Below, in pieces: positions 55,326 to 56,046 of a stretch of 56,046 nt of DNA. How positions within the stretch are numbered: the stretch's first letter is position 1; each line of letters starts with the position of its first letter. This DNA is from a virus. Lineage: Duplodnaviria > Caudoviricetes. A program made the translations under genes and the position numbers. The notes below the pieces were generated by a model that saw nothing but the letters and a program-made list of their open reading frames with translations, did not search any database and was not told where the DNA came from. The stretch is from positions 1 to 56,046 of the IMG/VR virus record IMGVR_UViG_3300027804_000077; one strand, written 5' to 3'.

Positions 55326-56046
55326 ATGCCTACATACAATAACGTAACCCTTATGCCCATCCCCTCACGAGAGGAGGGTAGGATCGAGACCAAGGTTGAT
55401 AGCAGCTTCGCATTACCTGACGTGCACCCTGTGCACAAAAACATAGTATTTAGAACACCAAAGCTTGAGGCTGATCTGGTCAATGCCAACAAGAAGAGAG
55501 ATACCTCTAAGCAAGTAACCTTGGGTATCAGGCATGGCATGTTGCAGTTGCTTGAGGAGCTTGCCGCTAAGCGTCCGCTGTGGAGGTTTGAGGCGAGTCA
55601 TTATATATACAGTGGCTTTATTGTTGAGTTTGTTGTAAGCGAAGGCACAGAAGAACTCGGCAAGCTTGCTCATACCGTTGACTACATAGGTGGTAGGTCA
55701 CAAAGAGCAGACGTGTACAAGATCTACAACCATCGCATCAACGACAAGCTAACCGTGAGGGACCACAAGACTACGTCCAGTATGGACAAAGCTGTACGCA
55801 CTGTGTTTAAGGAGTTTGGTACAAGGAACCTGCCGGAGATAATCAAGCATGCAAGGGAGGCAATCACCAAGACTGTCAAAGACCTGCATGTCGATGCTCA
55901 TCGCAAGATGAATGAGGCGCAGTGGAATATACGCAGCACACTTATAGATACGTTGCTAGCCAGACCCGATATGTTTATGCAGTTCGATTGGTACGACAAG
56001 CTTGGCGCACCCTGTGTGGAGTATGGGAGGGCAGCGGCTATGATGG
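55326..56046 (+). CDS. Hypothetical protein, 3'-truncated
   Basis: GAGGAG RBS; MPTYNNVTLMP... stays open to the window end, so it is absent from the ORF track. Confidence 0.7.
   Translation, partial: MPTYNNVTLMPIPSREEGRIETKVDSSFALPDVHPVHKNIVFRTPKLEADLVNANKKRDTSKQVTLGIRHGMLQLLEELAAKRPLWRFEASHYIYSGFIVEFVVSEGTEELGKLAHTVDYIGGRSQRADVYKIYNHRINDKLTVRDHKTTSSMDKAVRTVFKEFGTRNLPEIIKHAREAITKTVKDLHVDAHRKMNEAQWNIRSTLIDTLLARPDMFMQFDWYDKLGAPCVEYGRAAAMM

Noticed and set aside
1-56046. Alternative genetic code or stop-codon readthrough
   Set aside because: Genes tile densely under the standard code, and TAA, TGA and TAG all act as stops.

Overview
A 56 kb piece of a tailed dsDNA phage genome (Caudoviricetes). 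It is probably podovirus-like, since there is no tape-measure or sheath gene but there are large internal/ejection-type proteins. Both ends are truncated inside genes. There are three blocks. (1) 1-9034, + strand, replication: family A DNA polymerase (Leu762 type), Cas4-like exonuclease, HNH, SNF2 helicase, SSB-like protein, HTH protein and primase-helicase. (2) 9119-48325, - strand, late genes: TerS, TerL, portal, GroES-like protein, scaffold, Mu gpT-like major capsid, small basic proteins, adaptors, tail fibres, a 2OG-Fe(II) oxygenase, a lysis cassette, internal proteins and two inserted HNH endonucleases. (3) 48610-56046, + strand, early genes: many small ORFs and a MoxR-type AAA ATPase / DUF3150-like / HExxH-vWA trio. 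I found no tRNA, CRISPR array, integrase or reverse transcriptase. The most interesting signals are non-coding. They are a densely structured ~400-nt RNA behind the first early promoter (48628-49022); a candidate ~70-nt sRNA at the end of the replication operon (9050-9120) complementary to an AGGAG-NN-AGCATG start motif shared by several phage genes; a pseudoknotted RNA downstream of the capsid gene, probably Mu-gpT-DE; a symmetric iteron-rich putative origin (49714-50180); and an RBS-occluding hairpin plus promoter in front of one HNH gene. All structures were paired by eye and all family calls rest on recognised motifs and gene order, not database searches.
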